Source: Candidatus Dormiibacterota bacterium (GTDB taxonomy: Bacteria; Acidobacteriota; Polarisedimenticolia; Gp22-AA2). From it: 64,000 nt of DNA. Below are positions 1-11,434 of this stretch, piece after piece. The notes beneath the pieces are model-generated. The model saw only the letters and a program-made list of their open reading frames with translations, had not been told where the DNA came from and ran no database searches. The stretch's first letter is position 1. Each line of letters starts with the position of its first letter. Both the position numbers and the translations under genes were made by a program. Location: the NCBI GenBank assembly GCA_035635555.1, contig DASQAT010000021.1, positions 23,975 through 87,974 of the forward strand. Direction: 5' to 3'.

Positions 1-1530
<1,530 letters not shown>

Positions 1531-1805
1531 GGGCACCTCGTAAGGGGAGAATCGGGTCCTGGTGTCGCGAACGACGGACGTTAATCCGGCCGCGGGCGCG
1601 GCGTCAAGGAGGTGCGTCCGGGCGCGGCGGCCTCCCAGGATTGACCCGGAAGGGTCCGATCGCATATACGCTAGGGCCGGCGCCACGGGACAATGACCCG
1701 GAAGGGGTGAGGCGCCAGTCGGATCATCGAGGTGGCCATGACCGGCGTCATCCGCGACGAACGGATGCGGCAGCACGGCACCGCCATCTTTTCCCCGGGG
1801 AGGTC

Positions 1806-2735
1806 GTGAACCGCGACCTGTCCGGCTGGTTCCGAGCGCTCGTCGCCTCGTGTGGTCTGACCGTGCTGGCGCTCCCCGGCTGCTCGATCAAGAGGTTCGC
1901 GATCAACCGGCTGGGGGACGCGCTCGCCGAGAGCGGCGCGACCTACGCCTCGGACAACGATCCCCAGCTCGTTCGCGACGCCCTGCCGTTCGCCCTCAAG
2001 CTCGTCGAGAGTCTCCTGGAGCAGAGCCCCCGGCACCGGGGGCTCCTGCTGGCCGCGGCGGGCGGCTTCACCCAGTACGCGTTCGCCTTCGTGGAGCAGG
2101 ACGCCGACGAGACGCAGGACCACGACGTGGCGGCGTCCGCGACGCTGCGCGTCCGCGCGCGGCGGCTCCTGTTGCGGGCGCGGGACTACGGTCTGCGCGG
2201 CCTGGAGACCGAGCACGAGGATTTCGCGCGGCGCCTGCACGCCGATCGGGCCGCGGCGCTGCGCGACGCTTCCGTCGACGATGTCCCGTTCCTGTACTGG
2301 ACGGCGGCCGCCTGGGGGGCGGCGGTCGCGGCCGGCAAGGACGACCCCGACCTGCTCGCCGACCTGCCGCTGGTGGAGGGGCTCATCCGGCGGGCGCTGG
2401 AGCTGAAGCCCGATTTCGATCATGGCGCGATCCACGAGTTCCTCATCTCCTATGAGGGAGGACGCACCGAGGCGATGGGCGGCTCGATCGAGCGGGCCAG
2501 ACTCCACTTCGAGCAGGCGATGCGGCTGTCGGAGGGGAAGCGGGCGCAGCCGCTCCTGTTGCTGGCGGAAACGGTGGCGGTGCGGCTTCAGGATCGGAAG
2601 GAGTTCGAGGCGCTCCTGAGGCGCGCACTCGAGATCGATCCGGACGTCCGTCCGGAGTGGCGTCTCGCGAATCTGGTCGCCCAGCGCCGGGCGCGCTGGC
2701 TGCTGTCGCGGGCCGACCTCCTGTTCGCGGAGTAG
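1806..2735 (+). CDS. tatT: TRAP-transporter-associated TPR lipoprotein, TatT family
   Basis: The protein is helical and TPR-like (DPQLVRDALPFALKLVESLLEQSP...LYWTAAAWGAAVAAGKDDPDLL), resembling the T. pallidum TatT family. It has a lipobox (LTVLALPGC) after a GTG start. It is adjacent to and co-oriented with the DctP and DctQM genes. The start codon is uncertain, because the ORF opens at 1641. Confidence 0.65.
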   Translation: MNRDLSGWFRALVASCGLTVLALPGCSIKRFAINRLGDALAESGATYASDNDPQLVRDALPFALKLVESLLEQSPRHRGLLLAAAGGFTQYAFAFVEQDADETQDHDVAASATLRVRARRLLLRARDYGLRGLETEHEDFARRLHADRAAALRDASVDDVPFLYWTAAAWGAAVAAGKDDPDLLADLPLVEGLIRRALELKPDFDHGAIHEFLISYEGGRTEAMGGSIERARLHFEQAMRLSEGKRAQPLLLLAETVAVRLQDRKEFEALLRRALEIDPDVRPEWRLANLVAQRRARWLLSRADLLFAE

Positions 2736-2744
2736 GAGCGCGGC

Positions 2745-3842
2745 ATGACGAGGGACCTGGATCGATCGAGAGGCCCGCGGCCGGACCGGCCGCCGCCATG
2801 GCCCCGGCGCGCGGCGCCGGTCGTTCTCCTCTGCCTGGGCGCGCTCCTGGCGCGCGCGATCCCCGCCTCCGCGGCCCAGGACACGCTCATCGTCAAGCTG
2901 GGGACGTCCGCCCCCGAGGGTTCATCCTGGGACCAGATCTTCAAGGAGATGGGGGAGAAATGGAAACAGGCGACCGGCGGTACCGTGACCCTGCGGATCT
3001 ATCCGGGGGGCGTCCTGGGGGATGAGCCGGATCTCGTGCGCAAGATGCGTGTCGGGCAGATCCAGGCGGCCGCTCTCACGGCGGCCGGTCTCTCCGGTAT
3101 CGACGCGTCGGTGGCCGCCCTGCAGATCCCGATGATGTACCGCTCCTATGACGAGCTCGACTACGTGCGCGAGCATCTTCGGCCGGCGCTGGAGAAGAGG
3201 CTCCTCGAGAAGGATTTCGTGGTCCTGAACTGGGGGGACGCCGGCTGGGTGATGTTCTTCGCCAAGGAGCCGTTCGGGACACCCGACGACGTCAGGAAGA
3301 TGAAGCTGTTCGTCTGGGCGGGGGATAACGACGCCGTCGATCTCTGGAAGACGGCGGAGTTCCACCCGGTGCCTCTGCCGTCGACCGAGATCCTGACCGG
3401 ATTGCAGACCGGGCTCATCAACGCCTTCGATACGACACCGCTCCTGGCCCTTTCGTCGCAGTGGTTCGGGCTCGCGCCGCACATGCTGGATCTCAGATGG
3501 GCGCCGCTCGTGGGGGCGACCGTCATGACGAAGAAGGCGTGGGATCGGATCCCGAGCGGCGCCCGACCGGCCGTCCTGAAGGCGGCGGCGGAGGCGGGCG
3601 AGAGATTGAAGGGGGACATCCGCGCGGCGAACGACAAGGCGATCGCGGCGATGAAGGAGCACGGGCTTCGGGTGATATCCTCGACCCCCTCGATCGAGGC
3701 CGCCTGGCAGAAGACGGCCGAGGAGATCTACCCGAAGATCAGAGGGACGGTCGTCCCGCCGGCGGTGTTCGACGAGGCGAGGCGCCTGCGCGACGAGTAC
3801 CGCGCCGCTCCCGGCAAGGGTGCTGTCGGGTCCGGCGGATGA
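2745..3842 (+). CDS. dctP: TRAP transporter solute-binding subunit (DctP/TatP family)
   Basis: It has a signal-like N-terminus and typical DctP-family sequence (LIVKLGTSAPEGSSWDQIFKEMGEKWKQATGGTVTLRIYPGGVLGDE...). Its stop overlaps the next gene's start (ATGA at 3839-3842). Confidence 0.85.
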   Translation: MTRDLDRSRGPRPDRPPPWPRRAAPVVLLCLGALLARAIPASAAQDTLIVKLGTSAPEGSSWDQIFKEMGEKWKQATGGTVTLRIYPGGVLGDEPDLVRKMRVGQIQAAALTAAGLSGIDASVAALQIPMMYRSYDELDYVREHLRPALEKRLLEKDFVVLNWGDAGWVMFFAKEPFGTPDDVRKMKLFVWAGDNDAVDLWKTAEFHPVPLPSTEILTGLQTGLINAFDTTPLLALSSQWFGLAPHMLDLRWAPLVGATVMTKKAWDRIPSGARPAVLKAAAEAGERLKGDIRAANDKAIAAMKEHGLRVISSTPSIEAAWQKTAEEIYPKIRGTVVPPAVFDEARRLRDEYRAAPGKGAVGSGG

Positions 3843-5701
3843 CCCACGAGATCCTCGCCGGCACCGGTGCGAGGCGCGTCGCCGACCGCCGCAGGGCGGG
3901 GTGGCGCACACTCTTCCACCGATCGGAAAGCATCGTCCTGGCGCTGGCGCTCGGCGCGATGGCCGTCGTGCCCCTCGCCGAGATCGTCCTGCGCACCGTC
4001 TTCCGCTTCGGCATTCCCGGCTCGGCGAGCCTCGTGCAGCACCTGACCCTCTGGGTCGGGATGCTGGGAGGGGCGGTGGCGGCGCGCGAGGATCGCCTCC
4101 TGGCGCTGTCCACCGGCTCGTCGCTCCTGAAGGGCCGGTGGAAGACGGCGGCGCGCGTCTTCAGCGGCTCCGTGGCCGCGTCGGTCGCCGCGGTCCTGTG
4201 CGCGGCGAGCGTGCAGTTCGTGCAGACGGAGAGGGCGGGCGGGGACGTGTTCGTGGGGCGTGTCCCGCTCTTCGTGGTCGAGCTCATCCTGCCGATCGGC
4301 TTCTTCGCCATCGCGTTCCGGCTGTGGCGCCACACCTCCTACACGCGGTCCGGGCGCGCCGTGGCCGCCCTCATCGTGGGGGCGGCGCTCTACCTCGTGG
4401 CCCGGCCGCCCATCGATCCCGATCACCTGGTCGTTCCCGCCTTCCTGGCCCTGCTGCTGGCGACGGCCCTGGGGGCGCCGGTGTTCACGGCGCTCGGCGG
4501 GGCCGCGATCATCCTGTTCTGGGGGGCGGGGGAGCCGATCGCCTCGATTCCCGTCGAGACGTACCGCCTGACCGTGTCGCCGACGCTCCCGACCATTCCG
4601 CTGTTCACCCTGGCCGGCTACTTCTTCGCCGAGGGAGGGGCCTCGAAGCGCCTGGTGCGCGTGTTCCGGGCGCTGGCGGGCTGGGTGCGAGGCGGTCCGG
4701 CGATCGCGACGGCCCTCGTGTGCGCCTTCTTCACGTCGTTCACCGGGGCGTCCGGCGTGACCATCCTGGCGCTGGGGGGCCTGCTGATGCCGGTCCTGGT
4801 GCAGTCGCGCTACTCGGAGAAGAGCTCGCTCGGGCTCCTGACCGCCTGCGGCTCGCTCGGTCTGCTGTTCCCGCCCAGCCTGCCGGTGATCCTGTACGGC
4901 ATCGTCTCGCACACGCCGATCGACCGGCTTTTCCTGGGAGGATTCCTGCCGGGAATCCTGATGCTCCTGATCGTCGCCTGGTGGGGCGGCCGCGAAGGAG
5001 TGCGATCCGGCGTCGCGCCCCAGAGGTTCGACGCGGCCGAGGCCGGGCGCGCCCTGTGGGACGCGAAGTGGGAGCTGCTGCTCCCGGTGATCGTCCTGGC
5101 CGGCCTGTTCGGTGGGTTCGCCACCCTCGTCGAGGCGGCGGCCCTGACGGCGCTCTACGCATTCGTGGTCGAGACCTTCGTCTACCGCGACCTTGGCGTG
5201 AGGCGGGACGCCGCGCGCGTCATGTCCGAATGCGGCATCCTGGTCGGAGGCGTTCTTCTGATCCTGGGCGTCGCGCTCGGCTTCACCAACTATCTGATCG
5301 ACGCCCAGGTGCCGGCCCGCGGCGTTCTCTGGGTCAAAACGACAATCAGCTCGCCGCTCGTCTTCCTGCTCCTCCTCAACCTGTTCCTCCTGGTCGTCGG
5401 CTGCCTGATGGACATTTTCTCCGCCATCGTGGTCGTCGCCCCCCTCATCGCCCCCATGGGAGAAGCGTTCCATATCGATCCGGTCCACCTCGGGATCATC
5501 TTCCTGGCCAACATGGAGCTCGGCTACCTGACCCCTCCGGTCGGCATGAACCTCTTCCTGTCCTCCTACCGCTTCCAGAAGCCGCTGATGGAGGTGTACC
5601 GGGCGGTCGTGCCGATGCTCCTCGTCCTGCTGTTCGGCGTTCTGATCATCACGTACGTTCCCGCCCTCACCACGCTGCTGCCGAGGTGGGCGGGGCGCTG
5701 A
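3839..5701 (+). CDS. dctQM: TRAP transporter fused DctQ-DctM permease
   Basis: The 620-aa product is polytopic and hydrophobic, with a DctQ-like N-terminus (4 TM) and a DctM-like C-terminus (LFTLAGYFFAEGGASKRLV...IFLANMELGYLTPPVGMNLF). The start is in frame at M127 of ORF 3461..5701 and is translationally coupled to dctP. Confidence 0.85.
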   Translation: MTHEILAGTGARRVADRRRAGWRTLFHRSESIVLALALGAMAVVPLAEIVLRTVFRFGIPGSASLVQHLTLWVGMLGGAVAAREDRLLALSTGSSLLKGRWKTAARVFSGSVAASVAAVLCAASVQFVQTERAGGDVFVGRVPLFVVELILPIGFFAIAFRLWRHTSYTRSGRAVAALIVGAALYLVARPPIDPDHLVVPAFLALLLATALGAPVFTALGGAAIILFWGAGEPIASIPVETYRLTVSPTLPTIPLFTLAGYFFAEGGASKRLVRVFRALAGWVRGGPAIATALVCAFFTSFTGASGVTILALGGLLMPVLVQSRYSEKSSLGLLTACGSLGLLFPPSLPVILYGIVSHTPIDRLFLGGFLPGILMLLIVAWWGGREGVRSGVAPQRFDAAEAGRALWDAKWELLLPVIVLAGLFGGFATLVEAAALTALYAFVVETFVYRDLGVRRDAARVMSECGILVGGVLLILGVALGFTNYLIDAQVPARGVLWVKTTISSPLVFLLLLNLFLLVVGCLMDIFSAIVVVAPLIAPMGEAFHIDPVHLGIIFLANMELGYLTPPVGMNLFLSSYRFQKPLMEVYRAVVPMLLVLLFGVLIITYVPALTTLLPRWAGR

Positions 5702-5799
5702 GACCACCCCGAAAACCCCCGGCGGCTGGCCCCTTTTCAGTCGTCTTGTCAAAAAAGCATTGACAGGCGGAGCCGCCCGCCGGATACTCGGGGGCAACA

Positions 5800-8199
5800 T
5801 TGCGGGGACCCGGGCCGGCTTCGGCCCGAAGCGTGCGGGGGACAGCCGACTTGCGACACAAAGGGATTACCGTAGCACCGGTCGTGTGTGCCCTGGCCGG
5901 TGCGCTCTTCCTGGGGCTGCCCGAGGCGGGGGCCGCCAGCCTGAGCACCTACCCGGACGAGAGCGGTTTCCTCGCCGCCATCGGGACGCCGTTCAGGCTC
6001 GAGACGTGGGACGGCCTGCCCGCCGGGACGCGGGTCACGACCCAGGTGCCCGGCGTCGTCATCTCGTCGCCCAATTCTTCGAACCGGAACTACATCCCGA
6101 TCCACGTCACCACGGCCACCGGCGCCAACTCGCCGCCGAACGTCCTCGCCGGGGGCAATGTGCGAAGCAGCAGCACGCCGCCGCAGATCATGGTCCTCGA
6201 CGTGAGCACGATCGCCCGGGGCTTCTCGTTCTATCTCACCGACCAGGACCCGGCGGCGACCGGCGTGACGGTGAAGCTCGATCTGAAGGATGGCTCCAGC
6301 CCGACATTCAGCGTCAGCAATCCTCACACGAGTCAGAGCACCCCGATCTTCTTCGGCGTCACCTCGGACACACCGATCAACCGCGTCACCCTGACGGCGG
6401 GGTTCAAGCAGGGAGGGAAGGGTGGGTACGTGGCGTTCAGCATCGACAACCTGATGCTGGGCCTGTTCTGCGCAGGGGACGCGCAGGCCCCCGTGTGCAC
6501 CGGCCAGCCGGCCTCACAGGGCGGCGCTCTGGTGATCAGCGGCCACGCGACCGACGACGGGGCGTGCGACACCGGCATCGCGAGCGTGGCGCTGGCGACC
6601 GGCGCCGTGAATGTCACCCTGACCCCCGACCCGGGCTTCACCCCCGGAGATCCTTCGCTGAGCTTCATCGCCTCGCCGACCGACCGCGCCCTGGACAGCC
6701 GGGGGACGGTCGTGGTCACCGACGAGGGAGGTCACACCTGCACCGTTCCAGTCTCCCTCCGGCCGGTGCCGGCGGGACCGACCATAGGCCTGGTGCTGTG
6801 CAGCGGCGACGGCTTTCTGTTCGAGGTCAGCAACGCCAATCCGACGCCGCCCGGGACCTCGGCCTGCAGCGCCGCCCTGCCCTCGGAATCCGACCCCGCC
6901 TTCCCGCCCGGGTACACTCCGTCGCCCGAGGAGGACCCATTCCCGTGCCGCGTCCTGACGATCGAGTCCCCCATCGCCGGTCTGACGGACATGACCTACA
7001 AGAAAGACGGCACCTTCGACCCGCGGCTGCGCCTGCTGTTCTCCCGCTCGGAGGACGGCGGCGTCTCGTTCCCGCCGTTCAGAGATGTCACCCAGTCGGT
7101 CGAGCCGATCCTGAACATCGATCCCGATCCGACGCGCGCCAAGGGTGCGGCGCAGTGGTCGCCGGTGAAGGTGGCCTGCGCCCTGCAGGGGACCGTCGAC
7201 TGCTCGACGATCGATCCGGCGTTCGACTTCGACCAGGACGGATACCCGCTCTGTCCCGCGGTGGGCTCGGGGATCCTGGCCGACTGCAACGATCAGATCG
7301 CCACCATCCACCCGGGCGCCGTGGAGACCTGCAACGGCCTGGACGACGACTGCGACGGCCTCATCGATGAGGATGATCCGGGCGGCGGGGCGGCCTGTTC
7401 GGTCGCGGATCGAATGGGCGCCTGCGCGGCGGGGACCACGGTCTGCATCGACGGCCGGCTGGAGTGCCGGCAGACCGTCTTTCCAAGTCCCGAAATCTGC
7501 GACGGCATCGACAACGACTGCGACGGGACTACGGACGAAGGGCTGGGGACGACCTCCTGCGGAGTCGGCGCCTGTCGAGTGACCGTGCAGAACTGCGTCG
7601 GCGGGGTGGGCCATGTCTGCACTCCGAACGCTCCGAGCCCGGAGACCTGCGACGGTATCGACAATGACTGCGACGGGCTGATCGACGACAGCCTGTCACC
7701 CCTGACGTGCGGGGCCGGAGTCTGCGCCCGCACGGTCGCGAGCTGCATCGGGGGCGTGCCGCAGACGTGCGTGCCGGGCACGCCGGGCGTCGAGATCTGC
7801 GACGGCATCGACAACGACTGCGACGGCCTCACGGACGAGAGCTGGACCTTCGGCGGCTACCAGCAGCCGGTCGAGCAGGACGGCAGCGGGGCCTATCACC
7901 GCAGGCAGACGATTCCGTTCAAGTTCCAGCTCACCGACTGCGCCGGAAATCCCGTGCCTGGAGCGGTGGCGACGATCGAGGTCTTCTTCTACGCCAACGG
8001 TGTGGTGGGAACCAAGGTCAAGGACATCACCTCGTCCGGGCAGGCGAACACGGACAACCTGTACCGCTTCGACCCCTCCGGACACCAGTACATCTACAAC
8101 CTCTCCACCTTGCCGCTGTCGATCAACACCACCTATCTGGTGCGCACGCGCATCAGCGACGGCACGACGCACGACGTCCTGATCTCCATCGTCAAGTAA
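5800..8199 (+). CDS. secreted protein with four tandem Cys/Asp-rich CDGxDNDCDG repeats (putative metal-binding, MopE-like motif) after a ~470-aa N-terminal domain of unknown function
   Basis: Signal peptide (ITVAPVVCALAGALFLGLPEAGAAS); an alternative TTG start lies at 5851. Four repeats of E[TI]C[DN]G[IL]D[ND]DCDG[LT][IT]DE ... CGxGxCxRTVxxCxGGVxxxC are seen in the translation. Confidence 0.7.
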   Translation: MRGPGPASARSVRGTADLRHKGITVAPVVCALAGALFLGLPEAGAASLSTYPDESGFLAAIGTPFRLETWDGLPAGTRVTTQVPGVVISSPNSSNRNYIPIHVTTATGANSPPNVLAGGNVRSSSTPPQIMVLDVSTIARGFSFYLTDQDPAATGVTVKLDLKDGSSPTFSVSNPHTSQSTPIFFGVTSDTPINRVTLTAGFKQGGKGGYVAFSIDNLMLGLFCAGDAQAPVCTGQPASQGGALVISGHATDDGACDTGIASVALATGAVNVTLTPDPGFTPGDPSLSFIASPTDRALDSRGTVVVTDEGGHTCTVPVSLRPVPAGPTIGLVLCSGDGFLFEVSNANPTPPGTSACSAALPSESDPAFPPGYTPSPEEDPFPCRVLTIESPIAGLTDMTYKKDGTFDPRLRLLFSRSEDGGVSFPPFRDVTQSVEPILNIDPDPTRAKGAAQWSPVKVACALQGTVDCSTIDPAFDFDQDGYPLCPAVGSGILADCNDQIATIHPGAVETCNGLDDDCDGLIDEDDPGGGAACSVADRMGACAAGTTVCIDGRLECRQTVFPSPEICDGIDNDCDGTTDEGLGTTSCGVGACRVTVQNCVGGVGHVCTPNAPSPETCDGIDNDCDGLIDDSLSPLTCGAGVCARTVASCIGGVPQTCVPGTPGVEICDGIDNDCDGLTDESWTFGGYQQPVEQDGSGAYHRRQTIPFKFQLTDCAGNPVPGAVATIEVFFYANGVVGTKVKDITSSGQANTDNLYRFDPSGHQYIYNLSTLPLSINTTYLVRTRISDGTTHDVLISIVK
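7324..7845 (+). repeat. intragenic tandem repeat, about 150-bp period x4, encoding the Cys/Asp-rich units (DNA-level similarity e.g. atctgcgacggcatcgacaacgactgcgacgg)
   Basis: Near-identical about 45-nt cores recur at roughly 7327, 7495, 7639 and 7795. They lie inside the CDS and are not a CRISPR or intergenic repeat. Coordinates are approximate. Confidence 0.7.
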
Positions 8200-8221
8200 C
8201 CCGGGCGCCGACGCGCCGATA

Positions 8222-8500
8222 TCAGTTGCCGCGCTGCCCTTTGGTGGGGCCGGTCATCGCCGGCCGATGACCGCGCGTGACCTCGTGCGGTCCTGCGGAC
8301 GTGGTGTCGGCCCCCGCCACGTGCGACGGTCCCCCGTCGAGAATCTCGATCGTCTCGGCCTTGACGAGGGCCTGGATCGATTTCTGCTCGAGCGCCGAGT
8401 CCGGCACCTGCCCGCTCCTCCCCGGTCCGAGATGCAGCACCTTGCCACCGGAGAACGTGATCTTGAGCGGCTTGAAGGTCTTGTTGCGTATCGTCTTCAC
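8222..8500 (-). CDS. hypothetical small protein (92 aa)
   Basis: The GTG start is preceded by GGAGGAG. The product is VKTIRNKTFKPLKITFSGGKVLHLGPGRSGQVPDSALEQKSIQALVKAETIEILDGG..., with no recognisable family. It lies 81 nt downstream of the DUF349 gene on the same strand. A longer version could start at 8554. Confidence 0.4.
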   Translation of the reverse strand: MKTIRNKTFKPLKITFSGGKVLHLGPGRSGQVPDSALEQKSIQALVKAETIEILDGGPSHVAGADTTSAGPHEVTRGHRPAMTGPTKGQRGN

Positions 8501-8582
8501 GGGTTCAGCTCCTCCGCACCGCCGGCCGCGAGTGACTCCCGCGGCGGGCGGCATTATGGCAGAACCGGGACGCTCCGGGTCC

Positions 8583-11354
8583 TCAGGCCCTGAAGCGCCT
8601 GCCGCCGGCCGCCGGCGCGCGCGAGGGGGCGGGGGCGTCGCGCTCGGTCCTGGGCATGAGGCGGCCGCAGGCGCGCTCGAAGCGATCGGTGAGGACGCGG
8701 CGCTCGTCTTCCGGGACGTAGCCGATCTTCTGCCAGGCCGCCTGGGCCTTGCGCACCTCTTCCGCGGCCGCGCGCTGTTTCGTCTCCTCGGCGACCCTGC
8801 CGCCGATGGTGTTCGAGGCGAGCGCCTCACGCCACATCGTCGCGAGGCGGGTGGCCGGCGACAGAGACTGATCCACGGCGGCCCCCGGTCCGGCGAGGAG
8901 ACGCTCCAGCCGGGCGCACAGGTCCTCCATCCGCAGGCGGTTCGTCCCCGTGTCGAACGGCGTCCCTTTCACGGCGTCCGGGTGGGTCGCGATGAGCGTA
9001 TCCAGGGCGCGGTTGAAGCGCTCCGTCAGCAGGGCGGCGTGCTCGCGCGGCAGGGGCGGGCTCTTCTGCCAGCGGGTCCAGGCGGAATCGATTCCGCTCA
9101 CGAGGTCCCCGGCCGGCGGGGGACCGGACGGAGACGCCGCCGCGGCGTCGGCGGGAGCCGGAAGGAGCGCCTCGAGGTCGCGGCAGATCGCCTCGCGCGC
9201 CGCCGCAGCCAGCTCGCGTTCGATCTGGTCGCGTCTCTTGTAGCGCTCGAAGAACCGGTCGCAGGCGGCGCGGAAACGCTGCCAGACCGCCTCGGAGCGG
9301 TTGGGGCGCACCGGTCCGACCGCCTTCCAATCGATCTGCAGCTTCTTGATTTCGGCGGCGGTCGTCTTCCAGTCGGTCGAGTCCGCCAGGCTCTCGGCAC
9401 GGGCGCACAGCGTCTCCCTCGCCTCGAGGTTCCTGGCCCACTCCTGCTTCCGGCGCACGCGATCCTCGTCGCGGCGCGTGAAGAACCGGTCGCAGGTGCT
9501 GCGGAAGCGCTCCCACAGCGCCTTCTCCTGGCCTCGTCCCGCCTGCCCAATGGTCTTCCATTCGGCCTGCAGCACCTTGATCGCCTCGGCCGACCCCGTC
9601 CAGTCGGTCGAATCGGCGAGACTCCCGGCTCTGTCGCACAGGGCGATTTTCTTCCCGGCGTTGGCGGCGTGCAGCGACTCCTGCCGTGCGCGCACCTGGT
9701 CGGCGGCGGCCTTGAAACGCTGCCAGAGGGCCTGCGATCGGTCGGGCTCCGCCTCGGCCGCGGTCTTCCAGCGCTCCAGGAGGTCCGGCAGGCGGCGCGC
9801 CGCGGAGTCGGCGTCCTCGATCTTGAGGAGATCCTCGGCGCGGGCGCACAGCTCTTCCTGCACGTTCGTGTTGGCCCAGCGCTTCCACTTCTCCCCCTCG
9901 CGCAGCTCCAGGGCCCGCGGAGCGAGGAGGGCGCGCGCCGCCTTGAGGCGATCGAGGATCCGATCGTGGTCCCGCCGGGACGGCACGGACGGCACGTCGT
10001 CCAGGGCCGCGCGCACCTCGCGCAGGATCGGCTCGGCCTTCTTCAAGGAGAGCGTCTCGCTCTCGAGCAGACGCTCGGCCCGCTCGCAGAGCCGCTGCAG
10101 CCGCTCGAGGTTGGCCGCCTTGTCCCGCGCCGCCTCCTGTCGCTTCTGCTCGCTGTCGCGGCGCGCCGCCTCCTCTTTCTCCTGATGCTGCGCCCGTTCG
10201 CGCTCCCGCACGAACGTCTCGTAGCGGCACTGGCACGCCTTGCGCGCCTCGTCGAATTGTCCTCCGAGGGCACGCGCCTCCGCCAGGACCTCGGCCTCGA
10301 TCGCGTCGGCGGGCCGGGTGCTGTCGGGCGCCTCGATCCGGTTCCACTCCCAGCAGGCGTCGTCGAGCAGACGCGGCGCGTCGTCCCCCTGCGCGGCCTC
10401 CACCGCCGCGATCAGGGCCAGGCGGGGTGCGATGTGCCGCTCGCGGTGGACGCGCGCGTCCTCGTCGTGCCGCAGGCGCTCCTCGCGCGCCCCCAGGTTG
10501 CTTTTCAAGCGCTCGCGCCCCGCCAGGATCGCCGCCTGGAAGCGTTCGTCGAGATCGTCATCGACGCCGGGCACGAGGTCGGTCCAGGCGTCGTGGGCGG
10601 CGCCGAGGTGCTGGGCGAGCGACTCGCATTCCGCCGAGCGGGCGAACGACTCCGCCTCCTCGCACAAACGGAGCTGCCTGCGCCGGTCGGTCTTCGGGCG
10701 GACGGCCGGGCCGGCCGCCGGTTCCTGTCGATCGTGCAGGAGGGCGCGGGCACGGCGCACGACGGCGTGGCTCTTGCCGTGCCCGGCGACCTCGTTCAGG
10801 AAATCGGCGTCCGGCGCGGGGGACGAGGCGGCGCCCGCCGCCTCACCCGGAAGCGCGAAGCGCTCCGAGCCGGTCAGGTGCTCCAGGGCCGACAGGGCGG
10901 CGTCGTCGTGGGGGCTCTTCAGGGCGACGGCGCACAGCTCCTCCCGGATCGCCGCGGCCGCGGCCTGGTGATCGACCAGATGCTCGAGGGCGTCGAGTCG
11001 CACGACGGCGTGCCGGCCGTGCCGCGCGATGCTGCCGAGCGCCTTGAGATCGTGCAGGCGCAGCAGAGCCGCGCGGCTGACCGACTCGTGGACCCCCGAG
11101 CGCGCCACCTGGGCGATGAGTTTCGAGTCCTCGATGGCGGAGACGGCGGTGGCTCCGGCCGCCTGGTCCGTCCCCTCCAGGGCGAGGGACAGGAGCGCCG
11201 CGGAGGCCGCCTCCCGCACCGGACCGTCGGGGTCGGAGCGGCACAGTTCGGCGAGCAGGGACGGATCGACGAGCCGACGCACGGCGTCGCGTCTTACCCG
11301 GGGATCCGGGTCCTTCCAGCCGGGGTGCGGCCGGAGGCGCTCGAACAGTCCCAT
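8583..11354 (-). CDS. DUF349 repeat protein (about 923 aa) with N-terminal HEAT/PBS-lyase-like repeats
   Basis: The start is M126 of ORF 8583..11729 (MGLFERLRPHPGWKD...), chosen because upstream codons overlap the PEBP gene in another frame. There are multiple DUF349-type repeats (W..W..IG.....LW.RF...CDRFF). The plus ORF 8277..11570 is a shadow. Confidence 0.75.
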   Translation of the reverse strand: MGLFERLRPHPGWKDPDPRVRRDAVRRLVDPSLLAELCRSDPDGPVREAASAALLSLALEGTDQAAGATAVSAIEDSKLIAQVARSGVHESVSRAALLRLHDLKALGSIARHGRHAVVRLDALEHLVDHQAAAAAIREELCAVALKSPHDDAALSALEHLTGSERFALPGEAAGAASSPAPDADFLNEVAGHGKSHAVVRRARALLHDRQEPAAGPAVRPKTDRRRQLRLCEEAESFARSAECESLAQHLGAAHDAWTDLVPGVDDDLDERFQAAILAGRERLKSNLGAREERLRHDEDARVHRERHIAPRLALIAAVEAAQGDDAPRLLDDACWEWNRIEAPDSTRPADAIEAEVLAEARALGGQFDEARKACQCRYETFVRERERAQHQEKEEAARRDSEQKRQEAARDKAANLERLQRLCERAERLLESETLSLKKAEPILREVRAALDDVPSVPSRRDHDRILDRLKAARALLAPRALELREGEKWKRWANTNVQEELCARAEDLLKIEDADSAARRLPDLLERWKTAAEAEPDRSQALWQRFKAAADQVRARQESLHAANAGKKIALCDRAGSLADSTDWTGSAEAIKVLQAEWKTIGQAGRGQEKALWERFRSTCDRFFTRRDEDRVRRKQEWARNLEARETLCARAESLADSTDWKTTAAEIKKLQIDWKAVGPVRPNRSEAVWQRFRAACDRFFERYKRRDQIERELAAAAREAICRDLEALLPAPADAAAASPSGPPPAGDLVSGIDSAWTRWQKSPPLPREHAALLTERFNRALDTLIATHPDAVKGTPFDTGTNRLRMEDLCARLERLLAGPGAAVDQSLSPATRLATMWREALASNTIGGRVAEETKQRAAAEEVRKAQAAWQKIGYVPEDERRVLTDRFERACGRLMPRTERDAPAPSRAPAAGGRRFRA

Positions 11355-11434
11355 TCGTCCAGTCTCCGATGGCAGGGAATTGTACGCGCTTCGGCGCCCG
11401 GGACAACAGCGAGTTTTCGCCGCGGACCGCGGAG

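Noticed and set aside
3728-5800. A 690-aa minus-strand ORF, and the plus ORF 3820..5763 in another frame.
   Set aside because: They overlap the DctQM permease frame, the only frame giving a hydrophobic polytopic protein.
7324-7845. A periodic DNA repeat of about 150 bp, considered as a possible CRISPR or intergenic repeat array.
   Set aside because: The repeats are in frame, encode the Cys/Asp-rich protein units and sit inside one CDS. There are no spacer-like unique segments of uniform length. It is therefore a coding repeat.
8253-8277. A 9-bp stem hairpin (CGGTCATCG-ccggcc-CGATGACCG) between convergent genes, considered as a terminator.
   Set aside because: It lies inside the coding region of the small ORF (complement 8222..8500) and has no following U-tract. 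It cannot be called a terminator without transcript data.
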